64,000 bases of DNA from Acidobacteriota bacterium. GTDB taxonomy: Bacteria > Acidobacteriota > Vicinamibacteria > Vicinamibacterales > UBA2999. The notes below the pieces were generated by a model that saw only the letters and a list, made by a program, of their open reading frames with translations, searched no databases and was not told where the DNA came from. The stretch lies in assembly GCA_947482665.1 (NCBI GenBank), contig CANKJK010000001.1, positions 294,457-358,456 on the forward strand. Direction: 5' to 3'. The stretch's first letter is position 1; the number at the start of each line of letters is the position of its first letter. The position numbers were made by a program, and so were the translations under genes. This document shows, piece by piece, positions 30,142-39,853 of the stretch.

Positions 30142-31653
30142 ATGCCGAGCGTTCATCAGCCTGTGGTGGTGCGCATTGATGGGGGACGGCCAGAGAACGG
30201 CCAGGTGGACGCCTGGATTGTCCCCGTCTTCGAAGAGGACGCCTTCGTCGATCTGCCGGGGCTCGATGAGGCGACCGGCGGCGAGCTGAGCGCGGCGCGC
30301 ACGCGCGCCGAGTTCAAGGGCAAGGCTTTCGAAGTACTGGCATGTCCGCTGCGTGCCTGGGGCGCCCGGTACCTCATCGCGGTCGGTGCCGGGGCGCGGG
30401 CTGCGTGGACGGGGGCCCAGGCGCGGCGCGTGGCGACCGTTGGGGCGCTGGCAGCCCGCTCCCGCCGCCTCCCGCGCGTGGGGGTGCTCTGTCGCCCCTG
30501 TCCCAGTGACCAGGTCGCCTCCGTGGTCGAGTCCCTTGTCGAAGGCGTGTATCTCGCCAATTACGACGGCGCGGCCCGGAAGAGCGAGGGCCCTGCGCAG
30601 TCCTGGGTCAGCGAGCTTGTGATGCAGACGGCGGATACAGCGGCCGCACGGCAGGCGGTTGCGGTGGGCTCGGTCGTGGGGGAGTTCACCAACCAAGCAC
30701 GGGAACTGGTCAACGAGCCCGGCAATATCCTGACGCCACGGGAACTGGCCGAGCGCGCCACGGCGCTGGCCGGCGCGGCCAGCCTGCCGATTGAGGTCCT
30801 CGATGATGACGCGATCGGCCGTCTGGGTATGGGCTTGCTCCAGGGCGTGGCCCGCGGCAGCAAGGAACCGCCTCGCGTGATCGTGCTGCGACACGAACCC
30901 GCAGGGGTGACGGCGGGTCCGGTCCTCGCCTTCATCGGCAAAGGGATTACGTTCGATTCCGGTGGCATCTCGATCAAGCCGGCCGAGAACATGGACAAGA
31001 TGAAGGGGGACATGGCCGGCGGCGCCGCGGTCATCGGCGCGATGTGCGCCATTGCCAGGCTCAATCTCCCCGTGCGCGTCCTCGGCATCGTCCCGGCAAC
31101 GGAGAACCTTCCCGGCGGAAATGCCATGAAGCCAGGAGACGTCCTCACCTCGGCAGCGGGGAAGACTGTCGAGGTCCTCAACACGGATGCCGAGGGGCGG
31201 CTCGTACTCGGTGACGGTCTCTGGTACGCGCGCCGCCTCGGCGCGACCCATCTGGTCGACGTGGCGACGCTGACGGGCGCCTGCATGATCGCGCTGGGCA
31301 AGACGACGACGGGCCTGTTCGCCGCGCCAGAGTCATGGGGCGCGACCGTGCTCGCGGCCAGTGAACGGGCCGGAGAACGCACCTGGTCGATGCCGGTGTT
31401 CGAGGATTACCGGGAACTGTTCCGCAGCGACATCGCGGATTTCTCCAATACTGGCGGGCGCTATGGTGGCGCCATCACTGCGGCACTTTTCATCAAGGAG
31501 TTCGCGGGCGACCTGCCGTGGGCGCACCTGGATATCGCCGGGCCGGCCTGGGCCGAAGAGGCGAAGCCCTACCAGCCGAAGGGCGCGACTGGCGCAGCGG
31601 TCCGTACCCTTGTTGAGTTGGCCCGCGCGGCTGGTGAGTGGGCCGGCCGCTGA
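30142..31653 (+). CDS. pepA: Leucyl aminopeptidase (M17)
   Basis: GKGITFDSGG, MKGDMAG, NTDAEGRL, ATLTGA, HLDIAG. Confidence 0.96.
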   Translation: MPSVHQPVVVRIDGGRPENGQVDAWIVPVFEEDAFVDLPGLDEATGGELSAARTRAEFKGKAFEVLACPLRAWGARYLIAVGAGARAAWTGAQARRVATVGALAARSRRLPRVGVLCRPCPSDQVASVVESLVEGVYLANYDGAARKSEGPAQSWVSELVMQTADTAAARQAVAVGSVVGEFTNQARELVNEPGNILTPRELAERATALAGAASLPIEVLDDDAIGRLGMGLLQGVARGSKEPPRVIVLRHEPAGVTAGPVLAFIGKGITFDSGGISIKPAENMDKMKGDMAGGAAVIGAMCAIARLNLPVRVLGIVPATENLPGGNAMKPGDVLTSAAGKTVEVLNTDAEGRLVLGDGLWYARRLGATHLVDVATLTGACMIALGKTTTGLFAAPESWGATVLAASERAGERTWSMPVFEDYRELFRSDIADFSNTGGRYGGAITAALFIKEFAGDLPWAHLDIAGPAWAEEAKPYQPKGATGAAVRTLVELARAAGEWAGR

Positions 31654-31853
31654 TGATGCAGGAGTCCGGCGCGATCGTCATCGACGTCATCAAGCAGCCG
31701 CCGATCACTCGTGAAGTCGGCATGGGCGAGGTCGTGCTTGGCGCCGTGGGGCTGACCGGCACGATCATGATCGCGGCGGTCACCGTTGGACTCCTGATCG
31801 GGCTCGTGGTTGTAGGCCTCAAGATGGTCCGCAGTCGGAGGCCGACGGGGTGA
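31653..31853 (+). CDS. Small membrane protein (66 aa)
   Basis: TGATG-coupled to pepA and GTGA-coupled to the kinase gene; long hydrophobic Gly-rich segment with basic tail. Confidence 0.6.
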   Translation: MMQESGAIVIDVIKQPPITREVGMGEVVLGAVGLTGTIMIAAVTVGLLIGLVVVGLKMVRSRRPTG

Positions 31854-33601
31854 GCTCCGAGACGTCGCCCGACGACGCGGCGTCCACCTCGCCCAGCGTT
31901 CGTTTCGAGAGCGTGCTCGGAGTTGGACGTCTGTTCCTGACACTTGCCGGCCTTCTCGCCGTCTATATCGACCCGACCGACCCGCCAGCCTTCATCCGCA
32001 TCATCTACGCGCTGCTCGGCGGCTATGCGTTCTACGCCGCCGGACTTCTCGTGCTGTTGCGCGGGGCAAGCCAGGTGCCCCCGTCGCAGGCGCTGACGAT
32101 CCATCTGGTCGACATGGTGTGGATCGCCCTGCTGACCGTGTTCAGCGAGGGAGCCGTCAGCCCGCTGGCACTGTTCTTCCTGTTCGCGCTGTTGGCGGCG
32201 GCGTATCGCTGGGGATTCCGCGAAACCGTGGCGACGGCAGCCGCAGGGATTGCCTTTCTGCTTGGCGAGGTCGCGGTGGCCGTCGTCGCCCCCTGGGAAA
32301 CCACCTGGCGGACAGCCCTGCAGGCGGATCTCAATCGCACGATCCTGCGTGGTGTCTACTTCGTGCTGACGGGGTTTCTGCTCGGCTACCTGGCCGAGGA
32401 GCAGCGACGCTACCGCACCGAGATGCAGACGATCGCCGACGCGGCACGGCGCATGCGACTTGATATCGACCTCGGTGCGGCGATGGGTTCCATCGGTCGA
32501 ATCGTGCGGCAGGCGTTTCACGCCGACGCGGTTGATATCGTGTTGAAGGATCTCGAGGGCGGGCGGACCGTCCGATGTCGAGTGGACGCGAGTGCTCCCG
32601 ACCCGGCAACCGAGGCCATTCCGCTATCGCCTGAGGACGAGCACGCCTGGCTGTTTCCAGATGGTGGGCGAGCCTGGCAGCTGTCGGCGCGAGAGGACGG
32701 GATGGCGCGCGGGACGGATGCGAGCAGTTGGCGCTTGCGCCGGTTGGCGCTGCACCTGCCGCCGACCTTCGGAGCCGGCCGTGCCTGGTCGTCGGTGAAG
32801 GCCTGCAACATGGGTGTCTCCGGTGAGTGGCTGGCCCGCGTGTTGATCTGGGACGCCAGGCCAGAGGTCAGCCGTGAGCACGCGCTGCATTTTCTAGAGG
32901 CGCTGGTGGAACATGTCACGCCAGCCGTGACGAGCGTCTTGCTGATGCGACGGCTCCACCTGCGAGCCGGGGCCGCGGAACGTGCGCGTGTGGCGCGGGA
33001 GCTCCACGACGGCGCCATCCAGGCGCTCTTTGGCATTGAGATGCGCGTCGCGGCGCTCATCCGCGCCGGCAACGATCGGCCACGCGTGGATGTGGAACTG
33101 GCAGAGATTCAGCGCATGATTCGCGACGAGATTCAGGGCATCCGCGAGCTGATGCTGACCCTGCGCCCGATTGAGCTGGACTCGGGCGAGCAGCTACCGG
33201 ACGTGCTGGCGGCCCTCGTCGAACGGTTCCGGCGCGACAGTGGCATGTCGGCCAGGTTCGTGGCTGTCGGACGCCCCGCGGGACTCTCAGCAGAGGCCGG
33301 AGTCGAGATCGTGCGAATCGTGCAGGAGGGTCTCGTCAATGCACGAAAGCACAGCCGGGCGCGGAATGTGCTCGTGCGACTGACCTGCGATGAGCGGCAT
33401 TGCCGGCTGGTCATCGCGGATGACGGCATCGGCTTCCCATTCGAGGGACGCCTTACTGCGGCAGAGCTTGATGCGCTGCGGGAAGGGCCAACCATCATCA
33501 AGGAACGTGCGAAGATCGCGGGAGCGGGCCTGGTGGTGCACTCAACGCCAGGCTGCGGCGCCACACTCGAACTTGAGATTCCGATGCTGCCCCATGCCTG
33601 A
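31850..33601 (+). CDS. Membrane sensor histidine kinase (HisKA_3, NarX-like)
   Basis: Several TM helices; ERARVARELHD H-box; RIVQEGLVNARKHS; DDGIGF; STPG.G. Confidence 0.9.
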   Translation: MSSETSPDDAASTSPSVRFESVLGVGRLFLTLAGLLAVYIDPTDPPAFIRIIYALLGGYAFYAAGLLVLLRGASQVPPSQALTIHLVDMVWIALLTVFSEGAVSPLALFFLFALLAAAYRWGFRETVATAAAGIAFLLGEVAVAVVAPWETTWRTALQADLNRTILRGVYFVLTGFLLGYLAEEQRRYRTEMQTIADAARRMRLDIDLGAAMGSIGRIVRQAFHADAVDIVLKDLEGGRTVRCRVDASAPDPATEAIPLSPEDEHAWLFPDGGRAWQLSAREDGMARGTDASSWRLRRLALHLPPTFGAGRAWSSVKACNMGVSGEWLARVLIWDARPEVSREHALHFLEALVEHVTPAVTSVLLMRRLHLRAGAAERARVARELHDGAIQALFGIEMRVAALIRAGNDRPRVDVELAEIQRMIRDEIQGIRELMLTLRPIELDSGEQLPDVLAALVERFRRDSGMSARFVAVGRPAGLSAEAGVEIVRIVQEGLVNARKHSRARNVLVRLTCDERHCRLVIADDGIGFPFEGRLTAAELDALREGPTIIKERAKIAGAGLVVHSTPGCGATLELEIPMLPHA

Positions 33602-34247
33602 GACTTCGACTGTCACGATCGGTATTGCCGACGACCATCCCATTTTTCGCGACGGCCTGCGCCGGCTCCTTGAAAGCGAGCCGGGTTTCCGGATAGTCGG
33701 GGAGTGCGCCGACGGAGACCAGGCGGCGGCGCTGGTGCGTGACCAGGAGCCTGACATCCTCCTGCTGGACGTGGCGATGCCACGTCGAGGCGGCCTGGAG
33801 GCGCTGCAGGGGCTGCTGGGCGGTCACACGAAAGTTGTGCTGCTGACCGCCGCTATTCAGCCGCGGGATATTCTGAAGGCCACGCAGCTGGGGGTCTCTG
33901 GCGTGGTGCTGAAGGAACGCGCGACGCAGTATCTCATCGACGGCATTCGCCGGGTGATGGCGGGTGAGTACGTCATCGGTGTGGAAGCCGGGGCGGATCT
34001 CGGTGGCGTGATGCAGCGCGTGGCCGCCAGCACGGAGCGCCCCTATGGATTGACGCCGCGTGAGCATGAAGTGGTCGAGGCCATTGGCGGCGGTCTTTCG
34101 AATCGGGAGATCGCCGGGCGGTTCGGCATCAGTCAACAGACCGTGAAGCATCACCTCACCAGCATCTTCAGCAAGATGGGTGTGACGAGCCGTCTGGAAC
34201 TGGCGATGCTGGCGGTCCGGGAAGGGCTCGTCTCCACCCGGACGTAG
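33594..34247 (+). CDS. NarL/LuxR-family response regulator
   Basis: IADDHPIFRDG, LLDVAMP, LTPREHEV...SNREIA...TVKHH. Confidence 0.93.
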   Translation: MPETSTVTIGIADDHPIFRDGLRRLLESEPGFRIVGECADGDQAAALVRDQEPDILLLDVAMPRRGGLEALQGLLGGHTKVVLLTAAIQPRDILKATQLGVSGVVLKERATQYLIDGIRRVMAGEYVIGVEAGADLGGVMQRVAASTERPYGLTPREHEVVEAIGGGLSNREIAGRFGISQQTVKHHLTSIFSKMGVTSRLELAMLAVREGLVSTRT

Positions 34248-34251
34248 CGCG

Positions 34252-35670
34252 TTATTGGGCGGCGAGACGCTGGGTCGACTTCAGCCCGCGCTGATAGCGG
34301 AGGATGCCCTGCAACAGGGCGTCGGCGATGTGCTGCCGGTATTCGACGGTCTTGAGCAACGGCCCCTCGTCGTCGTTGGTGATGAACGACACCTCCGCCA
34401 GAACACTGGGCATGGTGGCGCCGATGAGGACCATGAAGGGCGCCTGCTTCACGCCAAGGTCACGGGTATTCCGGTTCGACCGACGGAGTCGGTCCACCAG
34501 CGACGTCTGTACCTGCCCGGCGAAGTCCCGTGATTCATCAATCTTGTTGTTGAGGGCGATCGCCTTGACGATGTCCGGCAGCGCGTGCATCGTCCGGGCG
34601 GAGCCGGCGTTCTCGCGAGCGGCGATCCGCTCGGCCTCTGGGTTCGGCGCGAAATTCAGGTAGTAGGTTTCGAGCCCGCGGGCTTTGGAATTTTCGCTGG
34701 CATTGGCGTGGATGGAGAGAAAAAGATCCGCGCCGTCCCGGTTGGCAATCGCCGTCCGCTCCTCCAGGGGGATGTAGACATTCGTACGGCGGGTCAGCAT
34801 TACCTCGACGCCTGGCTGGGCCTTCAGCAGCTTCTCAAGCCGCACGGCAATGTCGAGCACAAGGTCTGCCTCGTTGAGTCCCTTGACCTGGGCGCCAGGG
34901 TCGTGACCGCCGTGGCCTGGATCGATGACCACGCGGGAAATGCCCAGTCCAAGTTGCCGCGAGAGCGAGTAGCCCCCGTTGGCATTGGCGGCCGGGGAGA
35001 CCGGCGGAGGCCCGACACGCGCCGCGATGGAGGCTGGTTGGCGCGCGACCTGCGTGGAACTGGCGACAGCCACGGCGATGGCGCGTGCGGGCAGCAGATC
35101 GGGCTGCCAGGAGGCGCCAGGCGTAGGCCGAGGCCCCGTGACACCCCGGGTGAGTTCTCGAACGGGGAACGCGGGCCGCGCTGGAAGAGGCGCGGGCACC
35201 GCGGCGATGCGTAGCCCGGGGGCGACCCGGGTCGCCGGGGGAGCCGGAATCGTGGCCGCGCGTTCGACATCAATGACGAGACGAAACGGCTGGTAGAGAG
35301 GATAGACGCTGTAGCGGGCCGCCCCGTCGAGGTCGAGCACGACGCGCGTGAGGCTTGGAGCTGGACGACCCAGTCGGACGTGCCGGACAACATCGCCCCC
35401 GAAGCTGAAGGAGCGGTCGCGCAGGGCGGGGGCGGCCATGGCGTTCGTCAGATCGAGAAAGACGCGGGGAGGCCCATCGATGCGCTCATCGTGAAACGCG
35501 ACCTCGCGGTCAAGTTCCACGGTGACGCGCACGACCTCGGGAAGCGACTCCCGCCGGACGGCCGTCACGGTGGCCTTGGACGAGGCGTTCGACTGCGGCA
35601 CGGCCGGCGCGGCCGGCAGCAGCACGACCAGGGACAGCGCCGCGGTCCGCCAGTTAGCGGAGCTGCGCAT
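34252..35670 (-). CDS. amiC: N-acetylmuramoyl-L-alanine amidase with AMIN domain
   Basis: AMIN (PRVFLDL, TRVVLDL, RLVIDV) plus Amidase_3 (IDPGHGG, SIHAN, LAEVSF). Confidence 0.9.
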   Translation of the reverse strand: MRSSANWRTAALSLVVLLPAAPAVPQSNASSKATVTAVRRESLPEVVRVTVELDREVAFHDERIDGPPRVFLDLTNAMAAPALRDRSFSFGGDVVRHVRLGRPAPSLTRVVLDLDGAARYSVYPLYQPFRLVIDVERAATIPAPPATRVAPGLRIAAVPAPLPARPAFPVRELTRGVTGPRPTPGASWQPDLLPARAIAVAVASSTQVARQPASIAARVGPPPVSPAANANGGYSLSRQLGLGISRVVIDPGHGGHDPGAQVKGLNEADLVLDIAVRLEKLLKAQPGVEVMLTRRTNVYIPLEERTAIANRDGADLFLSIHANASENSKARGLETYYLNFAPNPEAERIAARENAGSARTMHALPDIVKAIALNNKIDESRDFAGQVQTSLVDRLRRSNRNTRDLGVKQAPFMVLIGATMPSVLAEVSFITNDDEGPLLKTVEYRQHIADALLQGILRYQRGLKSTQRLAAQ

Positions 35671-37963
35671 CCACCTCCTCGAAGTACCCCGCGTCCACCA
35701 GTACGTCGCGGGCCTTACCGCCCGTGCCCGAGGAGACGATGCCTTCCGCCTCCATCATGTCGACCAGGCGCGCGGCCCGGCTGAAGCCGATCCGTAGCTT
35801 GCGCTGGAGAAAGGAGATTGAGGCCTGGCCACTCGACACGACAATGCGGGCGGCATCGTCGTAGAGGTCATCCTTCTCGTACTCGATCCCGCCAGGGCCG
35901 GTCTTTTCATCATCGGCCGTGATGGCGTCGTTGAAGGTGGGCGAACCCTGCTTCCGCAGGAAGCTGGCGAGCCGCGCGCTCTCCTGTTCCGAAATATAGG
36001 GCCCGTGGAGCCGGATGGCCCGCGAGGAGGCGGGCGGCATGAAGAGCATGTCGCCCTTGCCCAGGAGCTGCTCGGCGCCGTTCGCATCGAGAATGGTGCG
36101 CGAGTCGATCTTCGAAGACACACGGAAGGACAACCGGGACGGCAGATTGGCCTTGATTAGGCCGGTAATGACGTCCACGGAGGGACGTTGCGTGGCGAGA
36201 ATGAGGTGGATGCCGACAGCGCGCGCCATCTGCGCGAGCCGGGCAATGGACTCCTCAACTTCGTTGCTGGCCACCATCATCAGGTCGGCGAGCTCGTCGA
36301 TGACCACCACAATAAACGGCAGCGTCTTTGGCGCGTCGTCGCCGACGGGCGCATCCGGGCTCTCGCGCTGATTCCGAATGTTGCGGTTGTACTGCTCGAT
36401 GTTTCGGACCCCTTCCGCCGCGAGCGTCTTGTACCGCTCCTCCATCTCTCGCACGGCCCAGCGCAGCGCATTGGCGGCCTTTTTGGGATCGACGACGACC
36501 GGCGTCAGGAGGTGCGGAATCTCCTCATACATCCCGAGCTCGAGACGCTTGGGGTCGATCATGATGAGGCGCACTTCATCCGGCGTGGCGCGGTAGAGCA
36601 GGCTCGTCAGCATCGCGTTGAGGCCGACGGATTTGCCGGTTCCTGTCGAACCGGCAATCAGTAGGTGCGGCATTTTCGCGAGGTCCGTCACATACGGCTC
36701 GCCGTGAATGGTCTTGCCGAGGACCAGCGTGAGCTTGGACTCCGAGTTGACGTAGGCGGGGGATTCCAACATCTCCCGGAGAGAGATGGCCTGGCGGTTC
36801 GGATTCGGGATCTGGACGCCGACAGTCGCCTTACCCGGGAGCCGGTCAATCAACACGGACTCGGCTTCCATCGCAAGACAGAGGTCGTCGGCGAGGCTGG
36901 TGATCCTGGCGTACTTGACGCCGGCCTCTGGCTTGAACTCATAGGTCGTGACCACCGGACCTGGGTGAATCTGCACGACTTGTCCTTCGACGGCGAACTC
37001 ACGGCACTTCTCTTCGAGCTGGATCCCGCGCTCCCGCAAATGCCGTTCGTCGACGGCCTGTTCCGCCTTCGGGGCGTCGAGGAGCGTGATGGGCGGCAGC
37101 GTGAACGCGCCCTGCTTTCGCGGAGCCGGCTTTGGTGCATCGGGCGCGGGAATCGGGAGCGACGCCTGTCGCTTGACGACGGCGGGCGCGGGGCGCACGG
37201 CCATGGCTGAGGAGGGATGGGCCACGATTGTGGCGGTCCCGCCGGCGTCACTCGCGTCGCTGTCGACAGCCGCGACACGACGCTTCTTCGTCTGAACCGG
37301 CACGTCGGTGGGTGTCGGATCGACCGCCCGCATCGCGCGGCGTCGTGCCCGTGCCTCGATGAGTCGCTCCCACCAGGCGCGCAACTGGCCTACGCCGACG
37401 GAGGAGGCGGCCCGACCGTGCTCAGACGCCTGGGAGAACAGTCGGCCCAGGGAGACCTGCGTCGCCAGCACGACGGCAAGCAGGATGAACGTCACGAAGA
37501 CCAGGCCGGCCCCGGTGCGGTTCATGTATTCGGCGATGGTGCCGGACAGAAAGGCCCCGAACGAGCCGCCCGCGTGAAAGGTCTTGCCTGCCTGCTCGGT
37601 GCTGCCGAAGGCCAGGCTCAGGAGTCCACTCATCGAGGACACGAGCATCGTGACGCCGAGGGCCTTGGTGTAGATCGCGTCAACAGTCACACACCAGAAG
37701 TAGTTCCAGCCGACCAGCCCGATGAGGAGCGGCACCAGAAAGGCGGCGTAGCCAAGCGCCTGGAACGAGAGTTCCGATCCGAACGCGCCGACGCGGCCAA
37801 TGAAGTTGGCGGGCGCGTGGCTCGTGTCCGTTGTGAAGAACCACACGGGGTCCGAGGGGTCGTAGCTCACCAACGCGATCATCCAGATCAGCGCCGCCAT
37901 GAAGAGGGCAACGCCGATGACTTCGCTGAACCTCCGCGAGAGGGATGTGTCGGTTCGCGCCAT
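35654..37963 (-). CDS. ftsK: DNA translocase FtsK
   Basis: N-terminal TM helices, GPVVT, PHLLIAGSTGTGKS, IDELADLM, ATQRPS, gamma domain LQRKLRIGFSRAARL. Confidence 0.96.
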   Translation of the reverse strand: MARTDTSLSRRFSEVIGVALFMAALIWMIALVSYDPSDPVWFFTTDTSHAPANFIGRVGAFGSELSFQALGYAAFLVPLLIGLVGWNYFWCVTVDAIYTKALGVTMLVSSMSGLLSLAFGSTEQAGKTFHAGGSFGAFLSGTIAEYMNRTGAGLVFVTFILLAVVLATQVSLGRLFSQASEHGRAASSVGVGQLRAWWERLIEARARRRAMRAVDPTPTDVPVQTKKRRVAAVDSDASDAGGTATIVAHPSSAMAVRPAPAVVKRQASLPIPAPDAPKPAPRKQGAFTLPPITLLDAPKAEQAVDERHLRERGIQLEEKCREFAVEGQVVQIHPGPVVTTYEFKPEAGVKYARITSLADDLCLAMEAESVLIDRLPGKATVGVQIPNPNRQAISLREMLESPAYVNSESKLTLVLGKTIHGEPYVTDLAKMPHLLIAGSTGTGKSVGLNAMLTSLLYRATPDEVRLIMIDPKRLELGMYEEIPHLLTPVVVDPKKAANALRWAVREMEERYKTLAAEGVRNIEQYNRNIRNQRESPDAPVGDDAPKTLPFIVVVIDELADLMMVASNEVEESIARLAQMARAVGIHLILATQRPSVDVITGLIKANLPSRLSFRVSSKIDSRTILDANGAEQLLGKGDMLFMPPASSRAIRLHGPYISEQESARLASFLRKQGSPTFNDAITADDEKTGPGGIEYEKDDLYDDAARIVVSSGQASISFLQRKLRIGFSRAARLVDMMEAEGIVSSGTGGKARDVLVDAGYFEEVDAQLR

Positions 37964-39661
37964 TTAGATCTCCAGCAAGGCCGGGAGCACCAGGGGCCGG
38001 CGGCCTGTCCGCTTCTTGAAGAATCGCCTCAGCTCATCCCGTACGATCTCGGTCATCAGTCCTTGGTCGGCGCGCTGCTCGGCACTGGTGGCAGTAATCG
38101 CATCGGCGACGGCCTGCCCCGCGTCCGCGAAGAGCCTGGACTCAGCGTCCGGTTCGATGACCATGCCCCGGGAGAGCAACTCCGGGGGGCCGACGAGTTG
38201 GCCGGTCTGTCGATTGAGTCCGACGACCGCCACCACGACGCCGTCCCCACTGAGATGACGACGGTCGCGCAGGACTTCATCGTTGACCTCGCCCAGACGC
38301 GTCACGTCGATCAGCACACGGCCCACCGGCGCGTGGCCGGCAATGCGGCCCGTGGTTGCCGTGAAGTGGAGCACATTGCCGTTCTCCGCGAGGATGACGT
38401 CGTGACGGTCCGGACCGCCGGCAAGAACCTGTGATGCCACCTCGCCATGCCGGCTGAGCTGGCGATACTCCCCGTGCACCGGTACGAAGAACCGGGGCCG
38501 GACGAGCGAGAGCAGGAGCTTGAGCTCTTCCTCGCTGCCATGCCCGGAGACGTGGATCCGCCGGGCGCTATCGACGATGGACGCGCCGCGTCGCGCGAGG
38601 TGGTTCATGACGCGCGCGATGGCCTTCTCATTGCCCGGAATGGACCGTGCGGAGAAGACCACCGTGTCGTCGGGTTCGATCGTGACGTAGCGGTGGTCGC
38701 TGACCGCCATGCGTGAGAGCGCCGCGCGCGGTTCCCCCTGGGAGCCGGTCGCGAGACAGAGCACGTCCTCCGCAGCAAAACTCGCCAGATCCACGTCTCG
38801 TATCTGCACGCCGGCCGGGATGCGTAGTCGGCCCAGGCGCTGGGCAATCTCGCTGTTCTGCACGAGGCTGCGGCCGATGAAGGCCACCTTGCGATCGAAC
38901 TGCACGGCCAGGTCGACCAATAACTGCATCCGGTGGAGGCTGGACGAGAACAACGCGACGACGAGCCGCCCGGGCGCAGTGGCGAAGAGTTCCTCGAATG
39001 CGCCGAGCACGACGCGTTCGGATCCGGTGAAGCCGGGCCTGTCGACGTTGGTGCTGTCGCCGAACATCGCCAACACGCCCTTTGCGCCCAGTTCGGCAAA
39101 CCGTTGCAGGTCGCAGGCCTCGCCGTCGAGTGGCGTCTGGTCGATCTTGAAGTCGCCGGTGTGGATGATGGTGCCGACGGGCGTATGAATCGCCAGCGCA
39201 ACGCAATCCGGCATGCTGTGCGTGACGCGGAGGAACTCGATGCTGAACGGCCCGACGGTCACCACGTCGCGTGGCCGGACAGGCATCAGTCGACCGGACT
39301 CATCCGAGAGACCGTGTTCCTCAAGCTTCGGCTCGACCAGGGCGAGCGTCAGAGGCGTGCCGTAGACGGGACCGTCCACGAGGGGCAGGACATAGGGGAC
39401 ACCCCCGATGTGGTCTTCGTGGCCGTGGGTGAGGACCAGCGCCTTGACCCGGCCGCGGCGCTCGCGCAGCCACGTCAGGTCCGGCACGATGAGGTCCACC
39501 CCCGGCTGGTCGGGGTCCGGGAACATCACACCGGCATCGATCACGATTGTCGTGTCGGCGTACGACACCGCCATCATGTTCATGCCGAATTCGCCCACGC
39601 CACCGAGCGCGACGACTTCGAGCGTGTCGGCGGGTGGAGCGTTCTGTCCCTGATCGGTCAT
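37964..39661 (-). CDS. rnj: Ribonuclease J
   Basis: LGGVGEFGMN, THGHEDHIG, HTGDFK, TGSQGEP, HVSGH, PVHGE. Confidence 0.95.
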   Translation of the reverse strand: MTDQGQNAPPADTLEVVALGGVGEFGMNMMAVSYADTTIVIDAGVMFPDPDQPGVDLIVPDLTWLRERRGRVKALVLTHGHEDHIGGVPYVLPLVDGPVYGTPLTLALVEPKLEEHGLSDESGRLMPVRPRDVVTVGPFSIEFLRVTHSMPDCVALAIHTPVGTIIHTGDFKIDQTPLDGEACDLQRFAELGAKGVLAMFGDSTNVDRPGFTGSERVVLGAFEELFATAPGRLVVALFSSSLHRMQLLVDLAVQFDRKVAFIGRSLVQNSEIAQRLGRLRIPAGVQIRDVDLASFAAEDVLCLATGSQGEPRAALSRMAVSDHRYVTIEPDDTVVFSARSIPGNEKAIARVMNHLARRGASIVDSARRIHVSGHGSEEELKLLLSLVRPRFFVPVHGEYRQLSRHGEVASQVLAGGPDRHDVILAENGNVLHFTATTGRIAGHAPVGRVLIDVTRLGEVNDEVLRDRRHLSGDGVVVAVVGLNRQTGQLVGPPELLSRGMVIEPDAESRLFADAGQAVADAITATSAEQRADQGLMTEIVRDELRRFFKKRTGRRPLVLPALLEI

Positions 39662-39836
39662 GAATCCAGCGCGCGATCCGTTACGACAGCACACGCCGTG
39701 AGTCCGGGCGGACTCCTCCCGTGGACGTGCCGTAACCGAAATCAGGCGGCTGGGACGCCTGGCGGGCCGCGGACCTCACCGGGGGTGATGACGTCGCGTC
39801 AGGCCCAAAACTCTGGCGGGCTCAATAACTTCCGGA
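39662..39836 (-). ncRNA. Candidate structured 5' leader or ncRNA upstream of rnj (family not recognised)
   Basis: Extended -10 TGcTATATT (39839-47, minus strand) followed by at least four hairpins and a 9-nt direct repeat; see findings. Confidence 0.4.
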
Positions 39837-39853
39837 GAAATATAGCACAGGGC

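Noticed and set aside
30097-31251. Apparent 530-aa PKD protein
   Set aside because: The upstream part is antisense to pepA; the signal peptide begins at 30096.
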